This document shows, one piece after another, positions 41,489 through 55,040 of a stretch of DNA of 64,000 bases. The position numbers were made by a program, and so were the translations under genes. Numbering within the stretch: the stretch's first letter is position 1; every line of letters begins with the position of its first letter. Origin of the DNA: Mobula hypostoma (taxonomy: Eukaryota). The DNA lies in assembly GCF_963921235.1 (NCBI RefSeq), contig NC_086108.1, positions 61,754,001-61,818,000 on the forward strand, read 5' to 3'. A model generated the notes under the pieces. The model was not told where the DNA came from and searched no databases. It saw nothing but the letters and a program-made list of their open reading frames with translations.

Positions 41489-42160
41489 GATTAGATTATG
41501 AGAACACTCAGTCCTCTTTTATTGTCATTTAGAAATGCATACATGCATTAAGAAATGATGCAATGGTTTCTCCGGAGTGATATCACAGAAAACAGGACAA
41601 ACCAAAGACTAACACTGACAGAACCACATAATTATAACACATAGTTACAGCAGTGCAAAGCAATACCATAATTTGATGAAGAACAGACCATGGGCACAGT
41701 AAAAAAAATTCTCAAAGTCCCGATCGACTCCCGAGTTCCCGACAGCAGGCAGCAAAAGGGAGAAACTCCCTGCCATAAACCTCCAGGCACCGTCAACTTG
41801 CCGATACCTTGGAAGCAGCAGACCACAGCCAACACTGAGTCCACCCGTCCGAAAAATTCGAGCTTCTGACCAGCCTCTCCAATACAGCCTCCCGAGCGCC
41901 ACCCTCTGCTGAGCGCCTTCGACTTCTCCCCGGCCACTGAAACACGCAAAGCCGAGGATTCCAGGGCCTTCGGCTCGGGAGATTCCGGTTATCGCACAGT
42001 ATCAGCGGCAGCGAAGCGGGCATTTCAGAAGTTTTCCAGATGTTCCTCCACGCTCTCACATCTGTCTCCATCAAATCAGAATTGTGCACGGTCCCCTACT
42101 TGACAGATAACAGACATCACCACCGAAGTGGCCGCGCGCGCTACCGTCACGCCGCCCCCC
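41489..42160 (-). mobile_element. Non-autonomous retroelement, near-complete inverted copy of the family at 1-558
   Basis: Begins GATTAGATTATGAG (the tail, read on the plus strand). Clear similarity to 1-558, with a CpG-rich 5' end at ~42120-42160. Confidence 0.8.
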
Positions 42161-42287
42161 CAATGAAATATCATTGGCCTGTAATATTCCTAACTCCACA
42201 GATGGTGCCTGACTCCTAGCATTTTCTGGATGCATTTCAGATTTCCTGAAGTTTTTATATCAACACCTTGGTGCTGCCTCACCTTGA

Positions 42288-42628
42288 GTGGAGTTTGCAC
42301 GTTCTCCCTGTGATCACGTGGGTGCCGTACTTTCCTCCCACATCAATGTGATTGGCCAGTTGCTGTGTTCCTCCACCATTTTGTGTGTGTTACTCAAGAT
42401 TTCCAGCATCTGCAGATTCTTTTGTATCTATGGTTGGTAGATTTATTGGCCAATGTAAATTGTTCCTGATGCTTATGTAAGTGTTCGAATCTGTGGGTGG
42501 GTGGGGGAGGAGCTGATGGGGAAATGGAAAGGGTAAGAATGGGATTAAAGTTGATGCAAATGGTTGGGCCAGCCAGTTTGGTAGACTGAAGGGCCTCTTT
42601 ACACCATAGCTCTCAATGATTCTATGAC
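42288..42628 (+). mobile_element. V-SINE fragment with a small PLE-terminus insertion
   Basis: GTGGAGTTTGCACGTTCTCCCTGTGATCACGTGGGT...TTTCCTCCCACATC, with tail GAAGGGCCT...ATGATTCTATGA. Confidence 0.65.
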
Positions 42629-42830
42629 TGGTATCTTACTTCCCAATAATCTACAGAGGAACACCTGTTGTAAAATAATTTTGAATTGTTCTAACAACTT
42701 GTACAGTATTTCAACAAACTGCTCCATTTATTTCATGAATTTCTGCTTGTGCTTCCTAAAGCCTAATTACTTTCATATCAGATTTTAATCTACAGACACC
42801 CTGTATTTAGGTGAATGCAACTAATTTAAC

Positions 42831-45800
42831 TGGGAGGGTGATCAGCCAGATGTCGTGGTGCACATCGGTACCAATGACATAGCAAGGAAGAGTGAGGAGG
42901 TCCTGGAGAGTGAGTATAGAGAGCTTGGTAGGAAGTTGAAAAGCAGGACCTCCAGGGTGGTAATCTCAGGATTTCTACCTGTGTTACGTGCCAGTGAGGT
43001 TAGGAATAGGATGCTCTGGAGGATGAACGAGTGGCTGAGGAACTGGTGTAGGGGGCAGGGTTTCAGATTTCAGGATAATTGGGTCCTCTTCTGGGGCAGG
43101 TGGGACCTGTACAAGAGAGACGGGTTACACTTGAACTACAGGGGGGACCAATATCCTTTCAGGAAGGTTTGTTAGTGCTATTGGGGAGGCTTTAAACTAG
43201 ATTTGCAGGGGGATAGGAACCAGAGTGCCAGAGCTGACAGTGTGGCTGGGGTGAAAATAAATGATGTTAAAAGTTCAAGCAAATCCGCTAATAGAAAGGT
43301 TGTGAGTGGTGGTAAAAATCTTCTGAGGTGTATATATTTCAATGCTGGGAGTATTGCGGGGAAGGCGGATGAGTTGAGGGCGTGGATTGACACGTGGAAT
43401 TATGACGTTATAGCAATTAGTGAAATTTGGCTACAGGAGGGGCAGGACTGGCAGTTTAATATTCCAGGGTTCCGATGTTTCAGATGTGATCGAGGCAGAG
43501 GAATGAAAGGTGGGGGAGTAGCATTGCTTGTTAGGGAAAATACTACAGCAGTGCTCAGGCAGGACAGATCAGAGGGTTTGTCTACTGAGTCCTTATGGGT
43601 GGAGCTGAGAAACAGGAAAGGTATGGCCACATTAGTGGGATTGTATTACAGACCACCCAATAGCCAACGAGAATTGGAAGAGCAAATCTGCAGAGAGATA
43701 GCAGGCAACTGCAGGAAACATAAAGTTGTGGTGGTAGGGGATTTTAATTTTCCATATATTGATTGGGACTCTCATACTGTTAGGGGTCTAGATGGTTTAG
43801 AGTTTGTAAAATGTGTTCAGGAAAGTTTTCTAAATCAATATATAAAGGGACCAACTGGAGGGGATGCAATATTGGATCTCCTGTTAGGAAACGAGTTAGG
43901 ACAAGTGACGGAAGTCTGTGTAGGGGAGCACTTTGGTTCCAGTGATCATAACACCATTAGTTTCAACTTGATCATGGACAAGGATAGATCTGGTCCAAGG
44001 GTTGAGGTTCTGTACTGGAAGAAGGCCAAATTTGAAGAAATGAGAAAGGATCTAAAAACCGTGGATTGGGACAGGTTATTCCCTGGCAAGGATGTGATTG
44101 GTAGGTGGGAAGCCTTCAAAGGAGAAATTTTGAGTGTGCAGAATTTGCATGCTCCTGTCAGGATTAAAGGCAAAGTGAATAGGAATAAGGAACCTTGGTT
44201 CTCAAGGGATATTGCAACTCTGATAAAGAAGAAGAGGGAGTTGTATGACATGTATAGGAAGCAGGGAGTAAATAAGGTGCTTGAGGAGTATAAGAAGTGC
44301 AAGAAAATACTTAAGAAATCAGGAGGGCTAAAAGAAGACATGAGGTTGCATTGGCAGTCAAAGTGAAGGATAATCCAAAGAGCTTTTACAGGTATATTAA
44401 GAGCAAAAGGATTGTAAGGGATAAACTTGGTCCTCTTGAAGATCAGAGTGGTCGGCTATGTGTGGAACCAAAGGAAATGGGGGAGATCTTAAATAGGTTT
44501 TTTGCGTCTGTATTTACTAAGGAAACTGGCATGAAGTCTATGGAATTAAGGGAAAGAAGCAGTGAGATCATGGAAACTGTACAGATCGAAAAGGAGGAAG
44601 TCCTTGCTGTCTTGAGGAAAATTAAAGTGGATAAATCCCCGGGACCTGACAGGGTGTTCCCTCGGACCTTGAAGGAGACTAGTGTTGAAATTGCAGGGGG
44701 CCCTGGATGAAATATTTAAAATGTCGCTGTCTACAGGTGAGGTGCCGGAGGATTGGAGAGTGGCTCATGTTGTTCCGTTGTTTAAAAAAGGATCAAAAAG
44801 TAATCCGGGAAATTATAGGCCAGTAAGTTTAACGTCGGTAGTAGGTAAGTTATTGGAGGGAGTACTAAGAGACAGAATCTACAAGCAGTTGGATAGACAG
44901 GGACTTATTAGGGAGAGTCAACATGGCTTTGTACGTGGTGGGTCATGTTTGACCAATCTATTGGAGTTTTTCGAGGAGGTTACCAGGAAAGTGGATGAAG
45001 GGAAGGCAGTGGATATTGTCTACATGGACTTCAGTAAGGCCTTTGACAAGGTTCCGCATGGGAGGTTAGTTAGGAAAATTCATTCGCTAGGTATACATGG
45101 AGAGGTGGTAAATTGGATTAGACATTGGCTCAATGGAAGAAGCCAAAGAGTGATAGTAGAGAATTGCTTCTCCGAGTGGAGGCCTGTGACTAGTGGTATG
45201 CCACAGGGATCAGTGCTGGGTCCATTGTTATTTGTCATCTATATCAATGATCTGGATGATAATGTGGTAAATTGGATCAGCAAATTTGCTGATGATACAA
45301 AGATTAGAGGTGTAGTAGACAGTGAGGAAGGTTTTCAGAGCCTGCAGAGGGATTTGGACCAGCTGGAAAAATGGGCTGAAAAATGGCAGATGGAGTTTAA
45401 TACAGACAAGTGTGAGGTATTGCACGTTGGAAGGACAAACCAAGGTAGAACGTACAGGGTTAACAGTAAGACACTGAGGAGTGCAGTGGAACAGAGGGAT
45501 CTGGGAATACAGATACAAAATTCCCCAAAAGTGGCGTCACAGGTAGATAGGGTCGTAAAGAGAGCTTTTGGTACATTGGCCTTTATTAGTCAAAGTACTG
45601 AGTATAAGAGCTGGAATGTTATGATGAGGTTGTATAAGGCATTGGTGAGGCCGAATCTGGAGAATTGTGTTCAGTTTTGGTCACCAAATTACAGGAAGGA
45701 TATAAATAAGGTTGAAAGAGTGCAGAGAAGGTTTACAAGGATGTTGCCAGGACTTGAGAAACTCAGTTACAGAGAAAGGTTGAATAGGTTAGGACTTCAT

Positions 45801-46193
45801 TCCCTGGAGCGTAGAAGAATGAGAGGAGATTTGATAGAGGTATATAAAATTATGATGGGTATAGATAGAGTGAACACAAGCAGGCTTTTTCCATTGAGGC
45901 AAGGGGAGAAAAAAAACCAGAGGACATGGGTTAAGGGTGAGGGGGCGAAAGTTTAAAGGGAACATTAGTGGGGGTTTCTTCACACAGAGAATGGTGGGAG
46001 TATGGAATGAGCTGCAAGACGAGGTGGTAAATGCGGGTTCTTTTTTAACATTTAAGAATAAATTGGACAGATACATGGATAGGAGGTGTATGGAGGGATA
46101 TGGTCCGCGTGCAGGTCAGCGGGACTAGGCAGAAAATGGTTTGGCACAGCCAAGAAGGGCCAAAAGGCCTATTTCTGTGCTGTAGTTTCTATG
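42831..46193 (+). mobile_element. CR1 LINE, 5'-truncated but long: C-terminal ORF1 (SGNH esterase) plus complete, frameshifted ORF2 (APE + RT)
   Basis: ORF1 has VVHIGTNDI...DGLHLN (SGNH blocks III and V). ORF2 has LRCIYFNA, GDFNFP, SDHN, KSPGPD, DFSKAFD, PQGSVLGP and KFADD (45282-45296). Frame breaks near 44315, 44700 and 45910. Tail GTTTCTATG. Confidence 0.97.
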
Positions 46194-46299
46194 CTTATAT
46201 TCTAAATATACTGCAAAACAAAATTTAAAACTAATTGAATAAAGGGAACATGTATGCTGAGGAAAGACAAAAATGTGCAAATGATTAAAAAAAAATGTG

Positions 46300-46800
46300 G
46301 TGGTCATCTGCCATGTCCGATGATGACAAAGGACCCATGCAGGAGAGTTTTTAAAGTGGAAAAGCCATTACACTGGGGCAGTTCCACTCTCTTCACCTTA
46401 GAAGTCCAGCTTCATTGGTACCAACAAGCGTCGTACACTAGGGTCTTTCTTGGTTGCAGTGGATGACCATGAAATCATGCACTCCACGGGGCATTGCAGT
46501 TCCACCTTCCTGGCCATTGGATCTCACTGTAGATCTGATCCACCCAGTCCACTGGAGCTGACTTTGCAAGCTAGGACAAGCGTGCTGCTATCTCACTGGG
46601 ATACAAGGCTGCTGGCTACCCTCACCTGGTTTAGCGCTCCCACTGAAGTGGTGTACCGGGGTGTGGCCGCTGTCACACGCAGAATAATAAAGACTTACTA
46701 TAAAACTACGTAAATGACTTGCAGCAGGATAAAACTTGGCAGGCCAGGTAGCACCTGCGGAAAGCTGCACAGTTATGTCTCACTCCTGAGACACTCCATC
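46300..46800 (-). mobile_element. RTE-clade-derived non-autonomous element (5'UTR-like)
   Basis: Minus strand GTGAGATAGCAGCACGCTTGTCCTAGCTTGCAAAGTCAGCTCCAGTGGACTGGGTGGATCAGATCTACAGTGAGATCCAATGGCCAGGAAGG resembles RTE 5' regions from recall. No ORF. Confidence 0.45.
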
Positions 46801-47829
46801 AGAACAGAGAAAAGGAGGAAACACATAGGTCCAGGTGGAGACACAAGAGACTGGATCCCAGAGCAAAAAATAATCTGCTGGAAGAACTTAATGCGTCAAG
46901 CAGCATCTGTGGAAGTAAAGAGATAATTGACATTTTGGGTCAAGACCCAACATCAGGATTAGTCTAGGATGGTATGCCTTCCAAACAGATATACACTATG
47001 AGTTAGCCCAGTCAATCAAAACTGAAATTACAAGGACATTAGCATCAATATCAGTCCTCCATCGGTATGCTAATGTGAGCCTGCAGGACTTAGTTGGTGT
47101 ATCTTGATGTATCATCAAGTAGTACTTCTGTTGTGTGGTCTACTGAAATAAACAGAGTTCCCATTGTCAGTTGTTGGCTAACATTTTTAAAGAGTTAAAG
47201 AATGGAAATTAATCATAGAACTTAACGGCAGAGAACTTTTGTACATGCAGTTGACGGCTCTGATTGAGCTCAATTTCAGTTCCAAAACTGTGCTACATTT
47301 GTTGATGAGAATTATGACAGCAGGAAAGAGGCTGCCATTCCACACAGATTATATATTGGTGAGATTAAAAACAAAGACGAGGAAATCTGTAGATACTGGA
47401 AATCCATCAACACACACAAAATGCTGGAAGAACTCAGCAGGCCAGGCAGCATCAATGGAAAAGAGTAAACAATCGATGTTTTGGGCCGAGACCCTTCATC
47501 AAGATGGGCAGAAACAACCTTATTATGAACACACATACTTTTCCAACTAACAACCATGTTTGTTGTTAAACATTCGGGCAAAAACTGTTGTGCTTGGGTG
47601 TGTTTATTCAGATATTTACAAGCCTCAGCACCCTCTAAAGGTGATGGTCACACAGGAGTAGAAAGATGAACATTCAAATCTGCCACATATGAACGAGAGT
47701 ATTTTAGTGAAAGAGTAGCCTCCAAAACAGCCCGACAATCCACTCCATCCAGGTCATTTTGGGATGGATCATAAATATTGGCCCAGCCAGCAACACCACA
47801 GCTCATCGATGAATGAAGATAAAAACTGA

Positions 47830-48230
47830 GGGTGGGCTTGAATGGTTAAAACGCTCTTCTTTCACTGTGATATGAACATGCACAACATCTTTCATGAGCT
47901 GATTCACTTCCATCAATGATTTCCATGTTGTCAGGTTGATTTTCAAACCACAGTGATGGGTTTCATCTTGTACAACAAAATTGTTGCAAATTTGCCTGCC
48001 TACCCAAGATCTTGTCTCCTTGAAAACAAAGTAATATCTCAACTTTCTGGATGATTGCCAGGTTCAATGGAGACTGTTTACTGCAGCAGTCAGTCATCTA
48101 ATGGATGGTTCCTGTTTTAATCAGCCAGCTGATCCACAATGTCAGTAGAGCTCAAATTAGTTCAACGGCCAGAAGACAGGACACTCCTTTATTAGGATTG
48201 ATTCTAACTCTGCCCTTGAGAAAACGGAAG
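47830..48230 (-). mobile_element. Very old LINE RT remnant (RTE/L2-like), tentative
   Basis: KGVSCLLAVEL (cf. GVRQGCxLAP) followed at plausible spacing by QDETHHCGLKIN (cf. GLKINxxKT). Confidence 0.3.
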
Positions 48231-48527
48231 GCAGGGATCATTTAACAAGTAGTTTCATAGGTAGATATACCAATTAGATCTCCCTTGAGGAAAAACAGAA
48301 AAGTTACTAATCAAACGTACTTGTATTGTTACAGGCATGAAAATCTGATTTTTCATACCTGTCGAAGAATATGACAGTAATCTAGTGCATTAGTGTTTGA
48401 AACGAGGAGTTTAACAGAATTCTGCACAAGCTATACACAGCATCTGTGGTCACGCTGGCAACCATGCTGTAAAAATGTCATGAGCAACATCAATAAAATA
48501 TTTAATTAATTATTACATACAAAAGAA

Positions 48528-50147
48528 AAAAAGGAGGAGGTGCTTGCTGTCTTGAGGAAAATTAAAGTGGATAAATCCCCGGGACCTGACAGAGTGTTCC
48601 CTCGGACCTTGAAGGAGACTAGTGTTGAAATTGCGGGGGCCCTGGCAGAAATATTTAAAATGTCGCTGTCTACAGGTGAAGTGCCGTAGGATTGGAGAGT
48701 GGCTCATGTTGTTCCGTTGTTTAAAAAAGGATCGAAAAGTAATCCGGGAAATTATAGGCCGGTGAGTTTAACGTCAGTAGTAGGTAAGTTATTGGAGGGA
48801 GTACTTAGAGACAGAATCTACAAGCAGTTGGATAGACAGGGGCTTATTAGGGAGAGTCAACATGGCTTTGTGCGTGATAGGTCATGTTTGACCAATCTGT
48901 TGGAGTTTTTCGAGGAGGTTACCAGGAAAGTGGATGAAGGGAAGGCAGTGGATATTGTCTACATGGACTTCAGTAAGGCCTTTGACAAGGTCCCGCATGG
49001 GAGGTTAGTTAGGAAAATTCAATCACTATGTATACATGGAGAGGTGGTAAATTGGATTAGACATTGGCTTGATGGAAGAAGCCAGAGAGTGGTGGTAGAG
49101 AATTGCTTCTCTGAGTGGAGGCCTGTGACTAGTGGTGTGCCACAGGGATCAGTGCTGGGTCCATTGTTATTTGTCATCTATATCAATGATCTGGATGATA
49201 ATGTGGTATATTGGATCAGCAAGTTTGCTGATGATACAAAGATTGGAGGTGGAGTAGACAGTGAGGAAGGTTTTCAGAGCCTGCAGAGGGACTTGGACCA
49301 GCTGGAAAAATGGGCTGAAAAATGGCAGATGGAGTTTAATACTGACAAGTGTGAGGTATTGCACGTTGGAAGGACAAACCAACTTAGAACATACAGGGTG
49401 AATGGTAAGGCACTGAGGAGTGCAGTGGAACAGAGGGATCTGGGAATACAGACACAAAATTCCCTAAAAGTGTCGTCACAGGTAGATAGGGTCGTAAAGA
49501 GAGCTTTTGGTACATTTCCTTTATTAATCAAAGTATTGAGTATAAGAGCTGGAATGTTATGATGAGGTTGTATAAGGCATTGATGAGGCCGAATCTGGAG
49601 TATTGTGTTCAGTTTTGGTCACCAAATTACAGGAAGGATATAAATAAGGTTGAAAGAGTGCAGAGAAGGTTTACGAGGATGTTGCCGGGACTTGAGAAAC
49701 TCAGTTACAGAGAAAGGTTGAATAGGTTAGGACTTTATTCCCTGGAACGTAGAAGAATGAGGGGAGATTTGATAGAGGTATATAAAATTATGATGGGTAT
49801 AGATAGAATGAATGCAAGCAGGCTTTTTCCACTGAGGCAAGGGGAGAAAAAAACCAGAGGACATGGGTTAAGGGTGAGGGGGAAAAAGTTTAAAGGGAAC
49901 ATTAGGGGGGTGCTTCTTCACACAGAGAGTGGTGGGAGTATGGAATGAGCTGCCAGACGAGGTGGTAAATGCGGGTTCTTTTTTAACATTTAAGAATAAA
50001 TTGGACAGATACATAGATGGGAGGTGTATGGAGGGATATGGTCCGTGTGCAGGTCAGTGGGACTAGGCAGAAAATGGTTCAGCACAGCCAAGAAGGGCCA
50101 AAGGGCCTGTTTCTGTGCTGTAGTTTCTATGGTTCCATGGTTCTATG
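48528..50147 (+). mobile_element. CR1 LINE, 5'-truncated RT/3' end, same subfamily as 42831-46193
   Basis: Near-identical to ~44589-46193. ORF 48699-49562 contains KFADD. (GTTCTATG)n-type tail. Confidence 0.97.
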
Positions 50148-51389
50148 TGAAAAGCACGTCAGGTTATTGGAGTGTTCAATGAAGAGGTTCTGGAATGAAA
50201 AGGTGGATGTGGGTTACTGGGTCCTCTTCAGAGATCTCCTTCAGGTGTTTTTTTCAAATAAAGTGTACATCTCATATCAGAGCGAAGATTCGGGTTAGAA
50301 TTTGTGAAAGCATTTTAACACTGGCTGATTTGACATTAGCAAACTGGTTATTTGGAAGCACCACCAAAACACTGGAAGAGAACTAATTCAACGTTACATG
50401 GTTTCACTAGAAGCCACTCAGTGTGGCTTTGAAAATAAACGTTGAATTTTTTTTAGATCTCACTTTTCATAACTAGCAGAAAAATAATATTCTTCTAATA
50501 TTAAATATTACTGAATACCAGTGAATGAAAATATTTTATGATTCTATGATTTATATCATTTACAGTGGTGTTGAATCAGAGAAACAAATTAAATGGGAAC
50601 ACAAGTGGGCCGTTATATGACCCCTTAAGCCTTCTTCATCCTTCAATAACAACTCAGCTTTTCTGATCTTGGCTTCATCTCCACTTTGCTTCCCGTTTTC
50701 CATAACACGGGCTCCCCTACGGTTTATCAATCACTCAGCCTGCATTAAATCGGCCTCCACATATCCCTGCTGCAAAGAAATTCGAAATATTCTTGAAAAG
50801 GTAATCTTCCTTATCTCTGTACTAAATAGTTGACCACTCTTTCTGAACATGCTAGCAGAAGCAGGAAGTGCCACTTTTTAAGGGGCCAATAATTACATTC
50901 ATTTTATTTGCTGAATAGCATCAACTGCCTACTTGGAGGTTTTGTGAGTTCCTTAAAATTGCTAAATTCTACAGGGATGTGAAGGCAGGTCGAACGGCTT
51001 TTACCTTTAGGCTTCCATGCAGACTGATTCCTACTGGAGCCAGCACAATGCAGCTTTACAGGGACGGTGAGCAAAGGTGGGGCAGAGTAAACGGAGCACT
51101 CTAGGACACAGAGAGTAGCCCTCAGGGGGAATTCCATCGAGCTACATCATGACAAATGTGCACATTTCAATGAGGACTGAAACTTCCCATTTCTTCCAGC
51201 AATCTCACCCTCCCCAACATGAGATCTGTGCTGAGATTATATAGTACAAGCTAGCTCTAACTGGTGTAAGCCATACATGGTACTGGGCCTGCTGCTGAGG
51301 CATATAGTTGGCAGGCAACATGGATAGCACTTACAGTTTGATGGGCAGCATTTCGAAATGGGCATACTGCCTGCACTGGAAGCAACCAG

Positions 51390-52061
51390 TCTGTCATTGC
51401 CAGTACAACAATCTATGTGGTGGTGTGCTGGGGCAAAGGCATCAACGCAAGTGGCTCAATAAGCTGATTAGAAAGGCTGGCTCTGTTTTAGGAGTCAAAC
51501 TGGACACATTGGAGGCTGTGGTAGAACAAAGGACCCCACGGAAAATCCTAGCAATGCTGAACAATGTTTCACAGTCGCTCCGTGCCACCTTGACAGAACA
51601 GAGGAGAACGTTCAGTAACAGACTAAGACAATTGTGCTTCTCCAAAGAGCGTTCTATAAAGGCATTCTTACCCTCAGCCATTACACTGTGTACCGAGTCA
51701 ACCGAAAGCCAGGGAAGTGATGGCCCCCTCCTGTTAGACTGTTATTAACCTGTTTACCAGAGCTCCGTTTACCACTCCCTGCTTTCGTGGACACCCTGTG
51801 CAACACTACCATCGCTTCTTATCTGGAGGGTGTGAATGTGCACCCATTACGGTATAATATTACAGTAATTCTTGCACTACCATCCTATCAGTGTGAACTT
51901 GTAAATCTTATCATCTTTAACTTGTGAATCTTATGTATCTTATTTTTAAGGTAACATTTTTTATTTTTCTTATTTCTCTTCTAACATTTGTAAATCGATG
52001 CAATTGTAATGCTACTGTGACACTGTAATTTCCTTTGGGATCAATAAAGCATCTATCTATC
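51390..52061 (+). mobile_element. Rex1/Babar-type LINE 3' fragment (different subfamily)
   Basis: LNKLIRKAGSVLG...TFSNRLRQ...FLPSAITL, with tail GGGATCAATAAAGCATCTATCTATC. Confidence 0.85.
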
Positions 52062-53095
52062 AATGGTATAGGCCAATAACACACCATAATACCCAAGTCC
52101 GTTTTCAGTACCTTTAAAGTTGATGCTTTTCTGTGTTTTTATTTTCAATATTGGACAAAGTAATCAAATTGAATTTAAAGGTATTAATAAAGTGTATGAG
52201 GTAATAACAGTAAGATATATAAAAATAAAATTTCAATCCCTCCAGCCACTTCACTGCTGGTTTTATAATTAACCACATTTTCTAAGGGATATTTAGCCTT
52301 CTCACCACAGATCTCATATGTAAAAAACGCAGGAGCTTTGTGAATACAATCAAATGGAAATCATTTGATTTCAATACTGCTGTTATTTTGCTGCCTTACC
52401 TTTCAGCCACACTTCCCATCACATTCATTAACCAGGATTTTACAGATCCTGATACAACAATTTTAAGTTCTATTTGAACAGTTCCTAACCTGTATATAGA
52501 TAAAGTTGTGTACACCTGTTGAAACCACTGGCCTAGAATTTATGTTGCACAACCTAAGGAAATGGTGTGGTGTAGCTGAAATAGTTTTAATCTTGAGTAC
52601 AGCTATCTTGTGTTTTAGTTCCAGACAGGAAATTCAAGTTTGATTGTTATTTACACTAACACATTTTCCCTGGCATATAACTATCCTATATTACATTGCC
52701 CATAGCACAAGGCCCATATATTATCTGTAGAATGATTTTCAACCATAGTGAATCTGGAGCAAGGGGTTATAACCTCAGGATGAAATTAGAATTTAGATGA
52801 AAAGGAACTTCTCCTCTCAAAGGGTTGCAAATATTTTGGAATTCTCCACCCCAAAGAGATGTACATGAATTGTTATTAAATCTATACTAATTGAAATGAC
52901 AAGCATTTTAGACCATGAGATCAAGTGATTCAGATGGGGAAGTGGAGCTAAGGTGAATAATTGGATCAACCACGATCCTACTGACCAGCAGAGTAGGCTC
53001 AAGAGGCCATATGGATCTCTCTTGTTCCTCTTTCTCATGCTTTTACATAAAGAAGGACACAAAATCACCAGTATTGATTTGAAAGCAGAGGCCAT

Positions 53096-53325
53096 TTATG
53101 TGCATCTAATACTTCAGTAATATTGAAAATATACTGATTGTATTTGTGTTCATTTAAATAATTAATTACTGATTATATGTAAAAATCCGTTAATTGCATA
53201 CATCATCGCTCTACCTCATGATACGTGTGCGCCTCGCTTAAAGATGAAGGTACAACTGTATTCTTCCCAGACTCCCATGTTTCCATTTCAATTAGTTTAA
53301 TATTTTGAAGCTACAAAACATAACA
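53096..53325 (+). mobile_element. Isolated LTR related to the Gypsy LTRs at 55171-55317 and 57483-57713
   Basis: TGTGCATCTAATACTTCAGTAATATTG ... TTTTGAAGCTACAAAACATAACA aligns by eye with the 57483-57713 LTR and ends in ...AACA. Confidence 0.7.
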
Positions 53326-53436
53326 TCTTCAATCCATCATTTTGGCCTGGTGGAATGGCTATTGAACTGCTGCTATTGAGAAAGTCTGTTTTGTGCTTAA
53401 GGAGGATGAATGCCATCATCACTCTCACTTTCTGTA

Positions 53437-54680
53437 ATAGACAATAGGTGCCATTCGACCCTTCGAGCCAGCACCGCCATTCACTGTGATCATGGCTGAT
53501 CATCCACAATCTGTATCCAGTTCCTGCCTTATCCCCATAACCTTTGATTCCACTATCTTTAAGAGCTCTATCCATCTCTTTCCTGAAAGCATCCAGAGAC
53601 TTGGCCTCCACAGCCTTCTGGGGCAGAGCATTCCATACATCCACCACTCTTTGGGTGAAAAAGTTTTTCCTCAACTCCATTCTAAATGGCCTACCCCTAA
53701 TTCTTAAACTGTGGCCTCTGGTTCTGGACTCACCCATCAGCGGGAACATGCTTCCTGCCTCCAGCGTGTCCAATCCCTTAATAATCTTATATGTTTCAAT
53801 AAGATCCCCCCTCAGCCTTCTAAATTCCAGAGTATACAAGCCCAGTCACTCCGATCTTTCGACATATGACAGTCCCGCCATCCCGGGAATTAACCTTGTG
53901 AACCTGTGCTGCACTCCCTCAATAGCAAGAATGTCCTTCCTCAAATTTGGAGACCAAAACTGCACACAGTACTCCAGGTGTGGTCTCACCAGGGCCCTGT
54001 ACAGCTGCAGAAGGACCTCTTTGCTCTTGTACTCAATTCCCCTTGTTATGAAGGCCCCCATGCCATTAGCTTTCTTCACAGTCTGCTGTACTTGCATGCT
54101 TGCTTTCAGTGACTGATGTACAAGAACACCTAGATCTCGTTGTACTTCCCCTTTTCCTAACTTGACTCCATTTATATAATAATCTGCCTTCCTCTTCTTA
54201 CCACCAAAGTGGATAAACTCACATTTATCCACGTTAAACTGCATCTGCCATGCATCTGCCCACTCACCCAGCCTGTCCAAGTCACCCTGCATTCTCATAA
54301 CATCCTCCTCACATTTCACACTGCCACCCAGATTTGTGTCATCGGCAAATTTGCTAATGTTACTTTTAATTCCCTCATCTAAATCATTAATATATATTGT
54401 AAACAGCTGCTGTCCCAGCACTGAACCCTGCAGTACCCAACTGGTCACCACCTGCCATTCCGAAAGGGACCCATTAATCGCTACTCTTTGTTCTCTGTCA
54501 GCCAGCCAATTTTCAATCCATGTCAGTACTCTGCCCCCAATACCATGTGCCCTAATTTTGCCCACTAATCTCCTATGCGGGACTTTATCAAGGGCTTTCT
54601 GAAAGTCCAGGTACACTACATCCACTGGCTTTCCCTTGTCCATTTTCATAGTTACATCCTCAAAAAAATTCCAGAAAAAA
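53437..54680 (-). mobile_element. CR1 LINE RT/3' end
   Basis: ORF 53846-54685 has YLDFQKALD, QGSVLG, KFADD and LVRPHLEYCVQFWSP. ORF 53297-53839 carries the CR1 C-terminus. Confidence 0.95.
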
Positions 54681-55040
54681 TCCAAAAAATGGTAATCCCA
54701 AATCCCTGTCTGAAAATCTAAGCGTTGACACTGAACAAACTATCCACTGGCTGACACGTAAAAGAAAACATATGAACGTTGTGGTCATCATGTCCAGTCA
54801 CAAGCTCCCCTTTACGTGGCTGCAAAAATCCAGGCAAACAGCTTCCTCAATGGCTCAATTATGTATGGAAATATAATCTGTTGTCATATTGTTACAAATT
54901 TTTGCCTTATATGACATTTTAATTAGAAGTTGTTTTTTTTTAAATAAGCGTATAAATAGAAGCAGGAGTAGGCCATTTAACCTTTCATTCAATAATACAG
55001 CCATTCACAAAAATTATGGACCATTATTTACCCTACATAT

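Noticed and set aside
43400..54602. Antisense ORFs such as 43946-44341, 45228-45518, 53544-54116 and 54336-54602
   Set aside because: These are shadow frames of CR1 ORF2, not independent genes.
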